A DNA stretch of 54,715 bases, the filler included, from Asterionella formosa (lineage: Eukaryota): the NCBI GenBank assembly GCA_002256025.1. It is 5 parts of 5 records of this genome, joined end to end, with 100 filler letters (N's around TTAATTAATTAA, not from the genome) between each part and the next. Parts side by side here need not be neighbours in the genome. Positions count along the whole stretch, not along the records: positions 1 to 10,871 come from NKIB01009068.1; positions 10,972 to 21,840 come from NKIB01009079.1; 3 more parts are not named here. The stretch is one strand, 5' to 3'. Every line of letters starts with the position of its first letter. Position 1 is the first letter of the stretch. Made by a program: the position numbers and the translations under genes. The notes under the pieces are model-generated. The model was not told where the DNA came from. It was given only the letters and a program-made list of their open reading frames with translations, and made no database searches. Below, piece after piece: positions 1 to 12,872 of the stretch.

Positions 1-432
1 TATTATGACTATTCTATTGCTGTTCCAAGTACATCGTTGTCAGCACTCACGCATGTACCTAATCTGGTGGCTGCGCCGGTATGGTTCGTACGGCGCATGT
101 ATGGAGCATCATATGCAGATATTAACACTTTCGACAGATCGACAATGATGGGCATATGATGTTCCGGTCCATCAAGGATTACAGGTTATGAGCGTATCAA
201 CTACCGGTAGATTAGTGACAACTCATTTTCTACGTGATGTATGCCTACGATATAAAAGAGCAACTCTTTTATGTGTTTTTGACTGTGCGTGGTCTTACAT
301 TGGGGCTTCTGCAGGGAGTTGACATTGTGGCTACTGGCTGTGTGAATGAATAATAAATACGTATGTTGGAGTACTTAATATCTTATCAGCGGGGGGTGGG
401 GTTCCTGGCACCTGGGACTCGTCGGTGTAACA
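1..432 (+). mobile_element. Possible LTR (solo or terminal) abutting the Gypsy LTR
   Basis: Ends TGTAACA at 426-432; TATAAAAG at 251 and AATAAA at 352 in LTR-like order. No TSD or second copy in the window. Confidence 0.35.
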
Positions 433-787
433 AGTAGTACTGTACCAATTTAAGTTGGGATAAAGAAAGCTAAACATTTAGTTTCAGGACAATTACCGCA
501 AGTACTGGCAAAAGGTGATGACCCGCACAGGTTATAACTATCTTACAGATACCGTAGAAGGAGTAGCATTTGTTGAATATACCGGTAGGAGCTATGATGA
601 ACAGAGCTTATGAGTGATAAGTTAATCTTGCGTGCAACACGTTCTCCTTCCTGTACATAGGTTGAAACCAAAGTATTCAATATGTAGGTGCTAGTCGAGT
701 TCTCCTGATACGACAGTAGAATTCTGATATAATCTATGTAATCCTGTCCCTACAGGTGTATATGTAGTGAAATGGGATTGCGCAGCA
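433..787 (-). mobile_element. Gypsy 3' LTR, left boundary approximate
   Basis: On the minus strand it begins TGCTGCGC at 787, after a short purine-rich tract downstream of the integrase end. It shares blocks (ATTTGTTGAATATA, ACCAAAGTAT, TAGTCGAGTTCTC) with 10972-11193. Confidence 0.55.
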
Positions 788-819
788 CTCTCACACGCTA
801 AGGGCGGCGAACCTTTCAC

Positions 820-3100
820 CTATGAAAAGGTTTGATATGACAAATATTAATTGGTTCAGTAAAATGCATAGTTTGTTGAAAAATTACTGTAGTACAATTA
901 GCATGCACTTGAATAATAGTATAACGACATTTCCTACAATCATGCAAAGTAAGCCTAGTAGTTTAATTATCCAGTAAGATAAAAATCATGTCTCCAACTT
1001 TGTTATCACAAGACCAACAACAGAGATTAGTACAACAAAGACTTTTTCAATTATCACTTGTCAATGCTGATGTATTTAATGTAAATCTGTAATCAAAGGA
1101 ATACTTAATATCATAACACGTGGGAAAACCAATGGCCCTGGTGAACTAGCTAGTATGCAATGTACTATGAATAGTAGCTCAAGCTGCATAGTAGGATGCA
1201 GTAGCAAAACATGTATCTACAATATTCTGAGCTTGAAATTTATTGATTGGAGGATGAGCCTTTAGGATTAGACAAACACTGCCCGTTACTGATGGATTGA
1301 TGTAAATATTCACAAAAAGAATGAGCTTGTGGATTCTTGACTGTAGTCGTGAGTGACATCATCTTTAATTCCATTCAACACTAAAATGTGTAGGAAAGAT
1401 ATACTGGTAAATGCACCCCCATTATCATGAATAAAACATTCTGGATGGGGATACCGGGCTAGGCAAAAATAATCATTTTCATTGCAATACATTTTGATGT
1501 TTAATTGTTGATACGTGAAATTTCTGCTAAATCGGTGACTGTGTCAACACAAGTTAGAGCACGAAATTCAATCGTTTGTGCAGCCACTGTTATCTTCCAT
1601 GCACCAATCAAATCCACTGCGACTTCTGACCATGGTAATAACAATGCATTCCTAGGTGAAAGTTCACCATAACCAGCACCAGGTAATTTTGTACATTGAC
1701 ACGCTTCACATGTGCTTATAGTAAGCTCCACTCGTGCTTTTTATGTGGGGTGAAAAAATATGTAGAAATTGTTGCATTTAGTCTTGTCATACCCAAACGA
1801 GCGAGCTAACATCTGATGATGCCCATTAATAATATGATCCAAAAGTGACGTAGGGATAGCAATATTACGCCAAGTATCCCCTGGATTCTTCACGAAACAT
1901 ATTAAATGAATATCATGAAATTGATAGTTGTTTGTTGATTGAGAATAAATTGTATATCCAGAAATTGTCTATAATGGATTAAATCATAATCTAAAGGATA
2001 TTGAATTTCTGCCAAAACCGGATGATTGAGAAAACAGGCAAGCAGAGGTTTATCATCTACGTCAATTGAGAAAGTGGAATTTGATGTTGAATTGAGCATT
2101 GCTTAGTGGTTAGCACACCCTTCTGCGGTGGTGGGCTCGATTCCTGCATTTCACAACTGTCTTTTTCATATAGTACCTAGGGTTCCGGGGTTCGGATGAC
2201 GAAAAAACAGGTCTCGTTGTACCGTATGGACGAATAAAACCGGTATTAATTGTGTCCATTGATTAGGGCCCAGGTGCAATTATTGGATAGCTTTGATGTA
2301 CTATAAAACTTAATTGACATTTTTTTGGAATTTGATGTTGATACTGAAGATTTCGACCCAAGATTATCCCCCAACAAAGACTCAAGCCTTGGGAGGCGAG
2401 AGATGGAATCTGCAATAGCATTATCAGTCACCTTCACAGCCATAGTGAAAAGTAGGATAATATTCTTCAATATAAAGTCTCTAGCGGAGAACACATTGAG
2501 TGTATAAAGTATTGCATATAAGATTACAATGTTTATTGTGAACATGAAGAATAGCACTTAATAGCATAGATCGAAATTTTTTGAAGAATTCAACCGCAGA
2601 TAGTAATTCTTTTGCATTAGCGGTGTAATTTTTCTGAGCAGCGGAAAGTTTGCGAGAATAATAAGCAACTAGCTAGGAGATCATTTTGCATTATCACTAA
2701 TCATAATTGATAATCAGATGCATTAAAAAATTATGAAAAGGAAAATTGTGATCTGGATAATGCATCAGTTAAAATGCATAGCCAGCACGTTTAATGAGGA
2801 TGGTTTGTATGAGAGGTGAACAAGAATAAATATTTCGATTAATAACCTTATTTAATTCACGAAAATCTGACACCCATCGGACAATACCGTCCGTTTTGGG
2901 AAACATAAAGTGGGAGATGCCCATTTAAAAGCACCACATCTCTGGAGAACACCAATATCACATATCCATTGTGACTCGGTTTTGAAAAACTATAAATGAA
3001 TATGGGTGACAGGATACACATGATGATGTCGGGGAATAGCGTCTGGTTATAATTCGAATTGTACTTGTGTATGAGGATAAACTTTTGATTTGACATCAAA
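820..3100 (-). pseudogene. Degenerate Ty3/Gypsy pol (RT N-terminus, RNase H, integrase)
   Basis: Minus-strand motifs in Gypsy order: RT start KWASPT..PKTDGIVRWVSDFRELNK (~2820-2930); RNase H YPDHNFPFH..ASDYQ and VAYYSRKLSAAQKNYT..KELLS (~2580-2760); integrase CEACQ, PWSEVAVDLIG, HDNGGAF; C-terminal PINICHIKPF (~825-855). Many frameshifts and stops. Confidence 0.9.
2091..2325 (+). mobile_element. tRNA-derived SINE-like insertion (235 bp) with 16-bp TSD
   Basis: TGGAATTTGATGTTGA occurs at 2075-2090 and 2326-2341. The head has an A-box-like TTGCTTAGTGG and a B-box-like GGCTCGATTCC with D, anticodon and T stems; the insert ends in a T-tract. Removing it restores the Gypsy pol frame. Confidence 0.75.
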
Positions 3101-5305
3101 TAATGTTTGATACTAGCTATTTAGACAATTTAGTTTGTAGATGCGACCGTTGAATTGTTGTCAAGTGCACTATATGCCTTATTTTTATAGAAGTTCTAAC
3201 AGGTATGCAATTTAATTTATAAGTTTAAATGATTTTAAAATTTATTTTAAATCATTCATCATCACTACTTTCTTTTTTATCATTTGGTGATTATATATTT
3301 TACCAATGCACCAGACAAAGGTTGGGGTGCACTGTTGGTACTTGGTGCTGTTGATGGCATTGGAGTTATAGGAGAATGAAGATGATTTGATTTTGCATTT
3401 GTTATTGCATTGATATGATATTTGAAGTTATCATTGAGTTCATCATTGCCTAAATGGGTTCAATGCTGGCATTAGAATTGGTTCTTTCGGCTGCCCTGCG
3501 GTTCAACATGGATGAACATGGATGCCATGATCAACATCATCATCATGTTTTGTTGCTGACGTTGTATCTTCTCAGTATCACTCCTCTTTTTAGTCTTCTG
3601 GAGGAAATGTGTGGAAACTGGAGTCAATATTTTGCAGAGATTGTTTGACACATGCCTATCTCTAATCCAGGTGGATACCATTGGTCGATGAAATCTTGCA
3701 CCAGCAGTGAAACTAGCATAATTCACAGCCGCTGCAGCTGAATTTGCTCCATTAGATTCTTAATAAGTCGCAGCTTTATTAGTTGAGGTTTCCTGACGAG
3801 GTTCATCTTTGTCTCCATTGTCCTCAGAAATGGCCATGAAGTCATCATCAATATCTATACCAAGGACAGTTGAATCAACCTCTCCACTTGCATCTGCTCT
3901 TGCTTCTATTTTTCGACATGTTTTTCCTACCTGACCTCAGGACCTCAGGAGGAAAAGTTGGGTCACTTGTTGGTCTTTTCACCATGTAAAGCTGAGAAAA
4001 CTCTCGCCGAATTGAAGTTCCAGTTTGATCCTTGGCTGGAAAATTTTAATTGTGTTCAGCAGCAACACATTACCATTTGTGAGATCAAATTGTCAAATGA
4101 CTCAAAAGAGAATCTAACAAGAATGACATAACCTCATTGAGTCGAAACTGTTGACCCCGACACTGTAGGTTGTGATGTTCCCTTAGAAAAACTGGTGGAA
4201 GAAGATTTGGTTGCTTGCAGTAATGCTATTGTGGCGTGAAGATTCATTGTCGTCTCCTGTTGAAGAAGACAGGGAGACACCAATATGAGAGACACCGGAA
4301 GCACCAAATCTGCTGTCGTTGTCACTGGCTGTGTTATCTCCATCCTCTTCATCCTTCTCCTTCTCTTCCTTCTCGTTTTCTTCTGATTCTGACTGTTGTG
4401 ACAGCGATGCTCATGCAACCTTGGAGAGTAAGGGAAAACCTCTCTGTCTGGTCTCCTTTGACCAGAAGAGGATGACAACATCATTGAAATCTAAACGAGA
4501 TGATGATAAAGCAATGTATTGAGGAGGTTGATATTTGTCAATATGCATACCTATTTTGGCAAGAGCAAGCCATTTCGAATATGAGCAAGCAAGTTTTGAA
4601 ATGTTCCGGGAAATGAAATGTAGTCATCCATGCATAGACATGTTTTTACATATTGCACTGTTATTTTAACTGTTTAAAAATTTGTGTTTGTGTTGACCCA
4701 ATTTTGGGGTTATGAGTACAACAATTTATGTATGATACACATGATATAATATATTTTTATTATTAGAGCGCGCTCGATATATAAAAATAGATTTTCGCTT
4801 TTATTGCCTTGTAACAGAATGTTGCTTACGTTTATTATACATTTGCGCAGGCAGATATTTTACGACTTGACCTACAAACAGTGATACCACGATTTATTAT
4901 TAAGCACAGCCCGAAACTTTATTTGAAAAGCAAATCTATGTATGTGTATATATATATTGGACATTTTAAAGTAAGGCTACATACACACAAACATATTCCG
5001 TCCATTGAAATGTGCCGGTACATAGAGTATTGGTTGACAATCTTGTGTCGTTTACTTTACTACATATACACATATCTAGATATGTATTATCCTGGGTAAC
5101 CTGTTACTGGTACTGGTACCTGGTACCGCTAATATGTTCATGGGTATATTCAGCTAATAACAATAGAGATGTCATGTACATGAGAAATTTCAATAGTTCA
5201 CCGGAATATGCGTTGAACGGCGACGAAGCACGATTGCCTCATGATGACCTTTCTCACCATTCGCGAAATGCCATCAAGAAACACACAAGAAGAAACGCCG
5301 ACACC

Positions 5306-6650
5306 ATGAGATTATCATCCTGCCTAGTCCTGGCTATAGCAGGCACCGTTTCTCTCTTAATGGCGCCTCATTCGGTTCTAGCCAGGGAAACACCATCTTT
5401 GAGACGAGCGATCGGTGACTCTAGACATCGAAAGGGAGCCTTTTCTCCTGATCCAAAAAAACCCACCGGCGGGACTCCAAACAATTTGAGTTCATTCATG
5501 AGCGATCTCACAACAGTGAGCAATGAACAGGTTCGTTGAACCCATTATTATTTTGATTTTTTGCCCTGTGGAGAGTTGTCTAACGTGTTTGAGTTATTCG
5601 ACGTAGAAAGTGAAACTCTTGCTGTCTGCTAGAGCCCTTCAAAAAGTCACAGAGCATATTGATTGGGAAAAACTTAGGGATGAATACCTAACTGCAACGT
5701 ATGGGTCAAAAAGGCGTCAAAGGAAGCTAGAGTCAACGCGCTCAATGAGAAATAGTGAAAATGGTGACAACGTGAACAATTTGGACATGGCGTCGTTGAA
5801 GGCTCAGCTAGACAAAGAAGTACAGATGGCAATTGATAAAGCGATTCCAAATCATTCATCGCAGAGCGGTCAAACCAATATGCAAAGCTCTTCAAAAGTG
5901 AATGGTGCTGATAAAAATGGAAATAAGACTTTTCACTCTCGTGTTGGCACCAACATTCCACTTGTTTTTGAGGTCCCCACGCCCCAGGCAGACGGTGAGC
6001 GTGCCCAAGCAAGGGCCCAAACCGATGATGGTATACCAATTCCTAATTACGTTTATAGTACAGGCAGCTGCCCTGGGGCTGGAAACTCACCTGCTGCTGT
6101 CCCGTGTGCTCCCACCAATCTTGATCAGATGTGTGACAAGTACGATAGCAACAACCAAGGAAAGTTCAGCCTTTGTTTTAATGCTTGCATTCCAAGCTTT
6201 TGTTGCATCCATGGTAAGCTAATGTCTGTTCCATGTTATATCAGCAGCTATGAAGCACTTCTGAATCTTCCATCCAAGTTTTTTCTCACTTCTTCCTTGA
6301 CATCTTCAGATGCACCACCTGCCACCAATTCCATTGCACCCAATTGCAATACAGATTCAAATTGTGCCCAGTATGCTTCCTGTTATATTGTTTGGTGGAA
6401 ACTTCATGACACGATTGGACCAGCCACACAGCTTATTATTGAACAAAATGATGACTTCTTTGATGTTCCAAATGATTTTATTCAGGTTGATCTCACAAAT
6501 GAGGAATTCTACCGTGAGATGCTTTTCCATCATTTTAATGATGCCAACGAGATCATTAGATTGGGAACTGTAGAGGTGAATTCAACACTCTCTGTGTTTG
6601 ACTCTGATTTGATTTTTTTGAATTCGACTTATTGGAACACGACAATCTAA
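5306..6650 (+). CDS. Secreted Cys-rich protein of unknown function; exons 5306-5530, 5607-6213, 6310-6650
   Basis: Signal peptide MRLSSCLVLAIAGTVSLL. GT-AG intron 5531-5606 (CTAAC branch site) joins the two ORFs in frame; probable stop-free 96-nt intron 6214-6309 (GTAAG...CAG). Cys-rich C-terminal domain (CIPSFCCIHDAP, NCAQYASC). Confidence 0.8.
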
Positions 6651-9600
6651 GGGACTCATTCAGCCATCAGGGAAATTTGGGATTAAGATATTTTATTCAG
6701 TCGATGTATTTTTGGCTTTTGCAGTACAAGATGATAATTATAATGATGTGTGAAGATTATATGGCAGAGGTAAATGTCTATGATACTAGCTTCACTTCGG
6801 CTCTTTCCATGATTGTTCTAAGTAAAATCCTACTTCTTGACAACATTTTAGGCTTGAGCCAATCATTAGAAAGGTTTCTAGTCTGAAATACTGCCAAAAT
6901 TTGATGAAGTTGGTGTTAATAAGATGAATTGTGCTCAGACAGTATATTTTGGTAAATATAATGCTAAATATCATTATATGTTAATTATTTATGGCTGATC
7001 CCAACAGCACTAAAACTTCAAAATTGATGCACTTAACTCTTCAAAGCTTTATTTCCTTCAAATCTGGAAGAATCTTATTCACTAGGAATCAAGCTTTCCA
7101 TTGACAGAAAGTTTAACCCACTAAATATGAAAAAGATTAACTAGGAGAAGACATAAATAAAAAAATTTTCATGCTGATATCTGCTCCTGGTTTCTAGATG
7201 GTGCTGACAAATGGTTATTAGATATTTTGACAACAGGGCTTCATCATAAATGCACTTGAATCACTTTGAGTTTCTTGAAGCACAACCGATGGGTTGCATG
7301 TGAACAAAAGATTGCCAAAAATGTGGTCAATACAGCATTTGACAGTTTTGAGCATACCAATTTCAGAATGTCTGTTTTAGGCTGTTGATGCCAACTGGTG
7401 TCTGAAGGCTACTAGTAGATGTAGAAAGCTTTATTCTATGATAGCTCATAGTAATCTAGTGAGGAAATGAGATGCAAGCGAGTGGGGTGAAAGATCTTGA
7501 CTGGCAATTCCAGGGTAGTGCTGGAGTGCACTAATAGGTTGGAAGAAGCACCACTAATCGTAAGGTTGCTACATTTTATCCCATAGCTCGAGCTTGGTCA
7601 GTAGCAACCTTAAGGTTTCTGCATTCGAAATCCTAAGGAAAATTAATATTATGCCAAGGGTTGCCGAAATTCCCTGGAGCTGGGAATGTTTTGTACTACT
7701 AATTATGAATAACAATGATTCAGTTTGAAATATTTAAATCATTTCAAATGTGCGTGTACGAACATAGATACCTTTTCGAATTCGCTAAATAAACACATGT
7801 ACATTCTTCATCACTCAATGTATATATACCCTATACTCGTATGATCAACGATTATGTGACTACGACATGGCAGCTTGGCAAATATTTATTGATACTTTAA
7901 AATGAACATCACCAAAAAAGTAACATAACCGCCAATTCAACTACAGGCACCAGTAGTACGAGTATCTGGTACTCCCTCTGGGCGAAACAATTGCGTCAAT
8001 TCTTAAAATTTCTCTGGCGCCATTTTTACTCCTACTTTTTCTCTGGCTTAATTGCCTATTATGTGCCATGCGCTTAGTTCCAGATCACTGTATTTTAAAT
8101 ATGTACTAGTTCATTCAAAATTGGCAACTATGTTTTTCGATCTTCACTTATGATCATATCGAGCAAAATGCAGATGCATGAAGACCCATTTTTCTTCGAA
8201 CCATTTATTCTCTACGTAAATACGAAAAAGGAGCAGGAAATAACAGTAGAACAATGTTAACTTGCCGTCGATCAGCATGGAATGCGGAACTGCGAAAGTG
8301 GCGATGATGGGAAAGAAGAAAACGACGGTACCCATTATGATTATTTTGATGATTGGAACCATGATTTGTCCAGTGGTATGGTCCATATAAATGCAACAAT
8401 CGTAGAATGTACTCCCTCTGCCTGTTCAACTTTAGTTGCAACCAAACTTTGCGGCTTGGCTGGTGATCATGAAGCGCAAGCTCCAAAAAACCCCGACTAA
8501 CAGCTCGTAATATTTAAAAATTATTCCGAACATAATTTTGTATATAATAATTATTATTAAGTAACTTTTATAGTACGCTATTGTTAAAGAAATCGACAGC
8601 TTTTGAGATTGTGAAGTCACACTTGGCCCCCTAGCTAGAGGGCCTTCGACCTGCTTGTTGTATGCATCACCACCACCCCAAATCCAAAGGACTTTATAAA
8701 CAGAGCAGGTGGAGAATGAGGGAATCTTCCCTGCCACCTCGGAACAAGGTGAACTAGCCAACTAAGCTATTCCCCTATTTGTGAAAAAATACATGCTCTA
8801 AGTAGTCCAGAATGAGATGAACCTGACCTCGATTTTTTCGCGCGTTTTTCGTAGAATTGCGCCCTGATTGGAATGTTTGCTCTGGATCCCCTCCCCCTTT
8901 CGTTGACCCTTCGTTAGTCAATAGACATAAGTAGAAGGATATAACACCGGAACAGCGACACTACATCGCCGATTGCTTCTTTCGCAACCTCGAAGGGAGG
9001 CCGATGCCAGCCCGTCATAAATCCGGGTGAGCACAAAACGTTAACTACATTACCCGGTATTCGACGTCTGTAGAACGAAATGTTTTTTGCCCGGAAACGA
9101 ATGCTCCTTAGTTTATTTTGCTGAATCTCTTTGGTAGTAATTACCGATATGACACACACATATAGAGGTCAGTATGCTGGCCAACGAAAATCAATAGCCC
9201 GAAACGATACAAATGTGTCGCTATTTTGCGTTATACTCGCCTGAATATACTAATCTAACCGACGCACTTGTCGCCTGCATTGTCTCGCGTAGAGAATCCA
9301 TATTGCTTCTGCAGAGGGCTTCTTTTAACGACGTGGATCGAGCAGGCCGATTAAAAGAATTGTTGCAACTATAGTTGCACAGAGGAGGGGGTATATGAAA
9401 CAACATGTGCTGCCTCTATTCGTGTTATGTTTTGTATTCAGTTTCCTACAAAAATTTGAGTGGCCAGCCAATGTAAAACAGCATTTGGCAATATATACAT
9501 GTGCGCTATGAATATTTGTGTGTTAAATTGGCTTCGAATAGCTTATTTCGATACCAATACTTCGATTAGTGATTACAACTTAATACTCCTTGCATCTAAA

Positions 9601-10167
9601 TAACTCATCAGTAAAGCCGCATTTTTTCTAATAAGCCGACCCTCACGTAGAAAAAATGGTATGTTTATTAAGTAATCCGTTCTAAAAATAAGCTACTTGG
9701 CATTTGAGTCACTGCAAATTGACGCAATTGCTTGTTTTCAGAGAGAGTTCCATATATTAAGTACCAGCCATGTGCCTGGTCCAGTACAGTCATACTACAT
9801 GTATGGTACTCTGAATACTGGCAAACATCAGAGGAAATGTTACATGTGTATCCAATGTGGCCATTGTGAGCTTGCAAGGCATCATCACAAACCGGGCCAA
9901 TCAAATGAGGTAAGTAATTCACTTTGACTAATCTAAATGTGTAAAATGAAGCGAGCAATTACGGTGGAAATTGTCGTACATGAGATTTTATGACCAAAAA
10001 TTTAATCACTAGACTCCTATATGGATGAAGTTTTGTCACTTAGTGATTCTGATTCCAATATTTTGGCAATTGTTGAAAAGGCCGATTTTGTTGATTTTTC
10101 GGATGATTATTGCTCAACATTGGATGGGTCTGAAGGATAATTAACTTCATACTAGGTCAACTCCGTA

Positions 10168-10262
10168 TAGTGTCAGAAGTTAAGTTCTGGCGAGAAACTG
10201 CAGAAAGGATCTTCAGTTTTTACTATCCCAAGTTTCTCACCAGATCCTATATCCTGACATTA
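10168..10262. mobile_element. MITE-like element, ~32-bp imperfect TIRs, TA on both flanks
   Basis: Left arm TAGTGTCAGAAGTTAAGTTCTGGCGAGAAACT versus reverse complement of right arm TAATGTCAGGATATAGGATCTGGTGAGAAACT; TA at 10166-10167 and 10263-10264. Confidence 0.5.
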
Positions 10263-10871
10263 TATTACTAACCTAGAGTACCGGTAGTCTTACGGCACTA
10301 TATAAATGAAATTAATTACCGGTATATGATTTGACCTACCATAGTACCGGGTATACCTGTACTTTGACCAATTACTTTATCTAAGCATATGGAAATGGTG
10401 TACAATGGTGAAAGCTCCGTTTAGCGCCAAACATTTATATTTTAGTTCTAAAAATTTGGGTTTGACTAGTCTCAATCAATATTTTTTCTTAACCCTAGCT
10501 CAAGCGAGGGGTTCCAGTGTAGCACTGTTAATATAGAAAGTCTATAAATATTGGTCCAGTGCGTATGGGACTCTCGTTTTACCACTATGCAGTTCTTTTA
10601 TTCCAAGAAAACCCTAAACTCTTTTTTTCTTTTTCCGCGTGTGTGGTACGTAAGAAAGGTATTAGGAACTAGTACCCACCAAAAAGAATACAGGACTCCA
10701 TATTACCATGTACAGTACCTGGTGGTGTTGAAGATTTGAACATGATTACCGTATACTTCATTGTCCTGGACCCCCCCTATGGTTGCTGGACCCCCCTGTA
10801 CATTTTTCTCGAGGTGGAACCAAACACCCAATAATTTTCTTGTCATAGACAAAGTAACGTGCTATAATTCT

Positions 10872-10971
10872 NNNNNNNNNNNNNNNNNNNNNNNNNNNNN
10901 NNNNNNNNNNNNNNNTTAATTAATTAANNNNNNNNNNNNNNNNNNNNNNNNNNNNNNNNNNNNNNNNNNNN
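10872..10971. other. Artificial contig linker
   Basis: N44-TTAATTAATTAA-N44, giving stops in all six frames. Confidence 0.98.
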
Positions 10972-11193
10972 TGGACTCTTTTTGAATTCAAAGTGAAGTA
11001 TCTAACTAGAAGTAGTAGTATTTGTTGAATATATGAGCTTATTTGTTAATCCTTGTGTGTAACTCGTTCTCCAAGTCGACACCAAAGTATACAATGAGGG
11101 TTAGTCGAGTTCTCTCATTATTGAGTTCTTATACATACATGATATAACACTAACCCTATATACATCTGTATTGATGCGCAAGATCGCTCAGCA
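10972..11193 (-). mobile_element. LTR fragment related to the Gypsy LTR at 433-787
   Basis: Colinear shared blocks with ~560-790; minus-strand start TGCTGAGCG at 11193; truncated by the contig end. Confidence 0.5.
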
Positions 11194-12872
11194 GGTACCA
11201 CCAGGAAGCTCATACAAGTACTTCCGGGCGGTAGTCTGTTGTGCATACTGGTATTTCAGTTTGATAACTTTCGCCTGCTACCCCCTGGTACCTGGTACCG
11301 TTCGCTCACCTCCACACTTCATCGTCGCTCACAGCTTTTGTTCCTGGCATATACTACCAGGTACCTGGAGTACCAGGTAACGGTAGTAATTACAGGACAT
11401 CGTAGATCGTAGAATACGAACCAGATACCAGCTGCCCCCTGCTGACAATCCGCCTACCGGTAAGTCCTTGATGCAGGTAAAACAATGCCTACCAATAATA
11501 ATGAACCATCATCGCGATGAAAATCGAATGACGCAAATCGCATCTGTCTGTCATTCGTAGTTACCAGGTGCCCGGTACTACTTGGTACCTGGTACCTGGT
11601 ACCAGGTACGATAGATCGAGATAACAGGTTCCAGTTAAAAAACTGCTTGCTTAAGACCACTATGAAATGTTTAGACCACTATAATGGGGTAATCTTACAT
11701 TTTGTGCTACAAACCTTTTCAATTTTAGCAATACGACAATATTTACTATGAACAAGTCATTTGTTTCACACATGTACTTATTGAATCAGTGAGATAAACG
11801 GCGACGAAAATGTTGAGTGAGGCACATAGGAAGAATATATAATTACCTTGTTGAGACGGGCCGACATTTTATCTTCATTTACAATATTGTTTAAATATTT
11901 ACGCTCCAAATTAGCATAGCTTTCTTTAACGCTTTTCTTCAGTTGGAATATTATTGTGCAATTGTTGGGTGCAACATCCGCCCAATGTAAACATGCACAA
12001 TAGTTCAAACCATAGCAATAACCAGTAAGTGATTTTGTACTGTCATCATATATGCATCATGACATGCCCTCGAGACCATCACATTTTTTCGGATCTTACT
12101 TCTAAATGAACCAAAGAAGTACCGAACTTCAAGCAAAGTACAGAGTTATTTGTAAGACTCTAGAAAAGGGTTTAGTAAAGCTTGTTCTAAACAACATTGT
12201 CAGAGCAGGACTAGAAAGTACAAAGGCTACTGACAATGGAGGAGCAGATTTACCAAATAGTGCTTTCACTAGTAGTAGCTAGATTAGTAGCACACAAAGT
12301 TGGCACAATAACGTGTCTAACAAAACGACATGGTGAAGTATCCTTTGAAGCAATTGAATAATGACAACAAGGATCTAGTAGTAGGGGTTTTAAATTCTAC
12401 ATTTCTATTGGATTGTTCCCCAGCAGAATGAATTAAAACTAACAGCACACTTACCTTTGGAACCAGAGCCACCACTAATGCATGGCCCCGGAGAAATTCG
12501 AATTACCGATGCAACTATTATTGGACAGAGGGAGTACCAGTTACTCCTGCCTGGCACCAATGGTATGATGATTAGTTTGAAATGATACCAGTGCGTGAAA
12601 AGGGGGCTGATTGTAGAATTTTGCTTCACATTTTTCTTGAGGACTATGCATGAGAGCATCTCCACAATATTGAAAAGTAACAAAGCCAATTGAAGTTGAT
12701 TTTCTTATCCATTGTCAACACATTCTAAAATAGTCGAATCTCGTGCCCAAATTTTCAGAAAATACATTTAGAGCTAGATTGTATTTATGTTTGTGTTGCC
12801 ATTTTAAAGTCGCTTTTTGGTAAAATTGTTGAAACATCTGCATGTAGTATACATATAATAGTCACCGCAAAA

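Noticed and set aside
2093..2153. Functional tRNA-Arg(UCU) gene
   Set aside because: Poor acceptor stem, almost no variable loop, and it lies inside a TSD-flanked insertion; better read as a SINE head.
3300..4900. Gypsy gag and 5' LTR
   Set aside because: No recognisable gag motif and no convincing second copy of the 433-787 LTR; left unassigned.
8144..9960. Short ORFs as genes
   Set aside because: Fragmentary, stop-interrupted, with no motif I can assign.
10916..10927. TTAATTAATTAA as a biological motif
   Set aside because: Always centred in N padding; it is a six-frame stop linker.
11778..12008. SWIM zinc finger of a MULE remnant (CACLHW..C)
   Set aside because: The His ligand is missing and there are no other transposase motifs.
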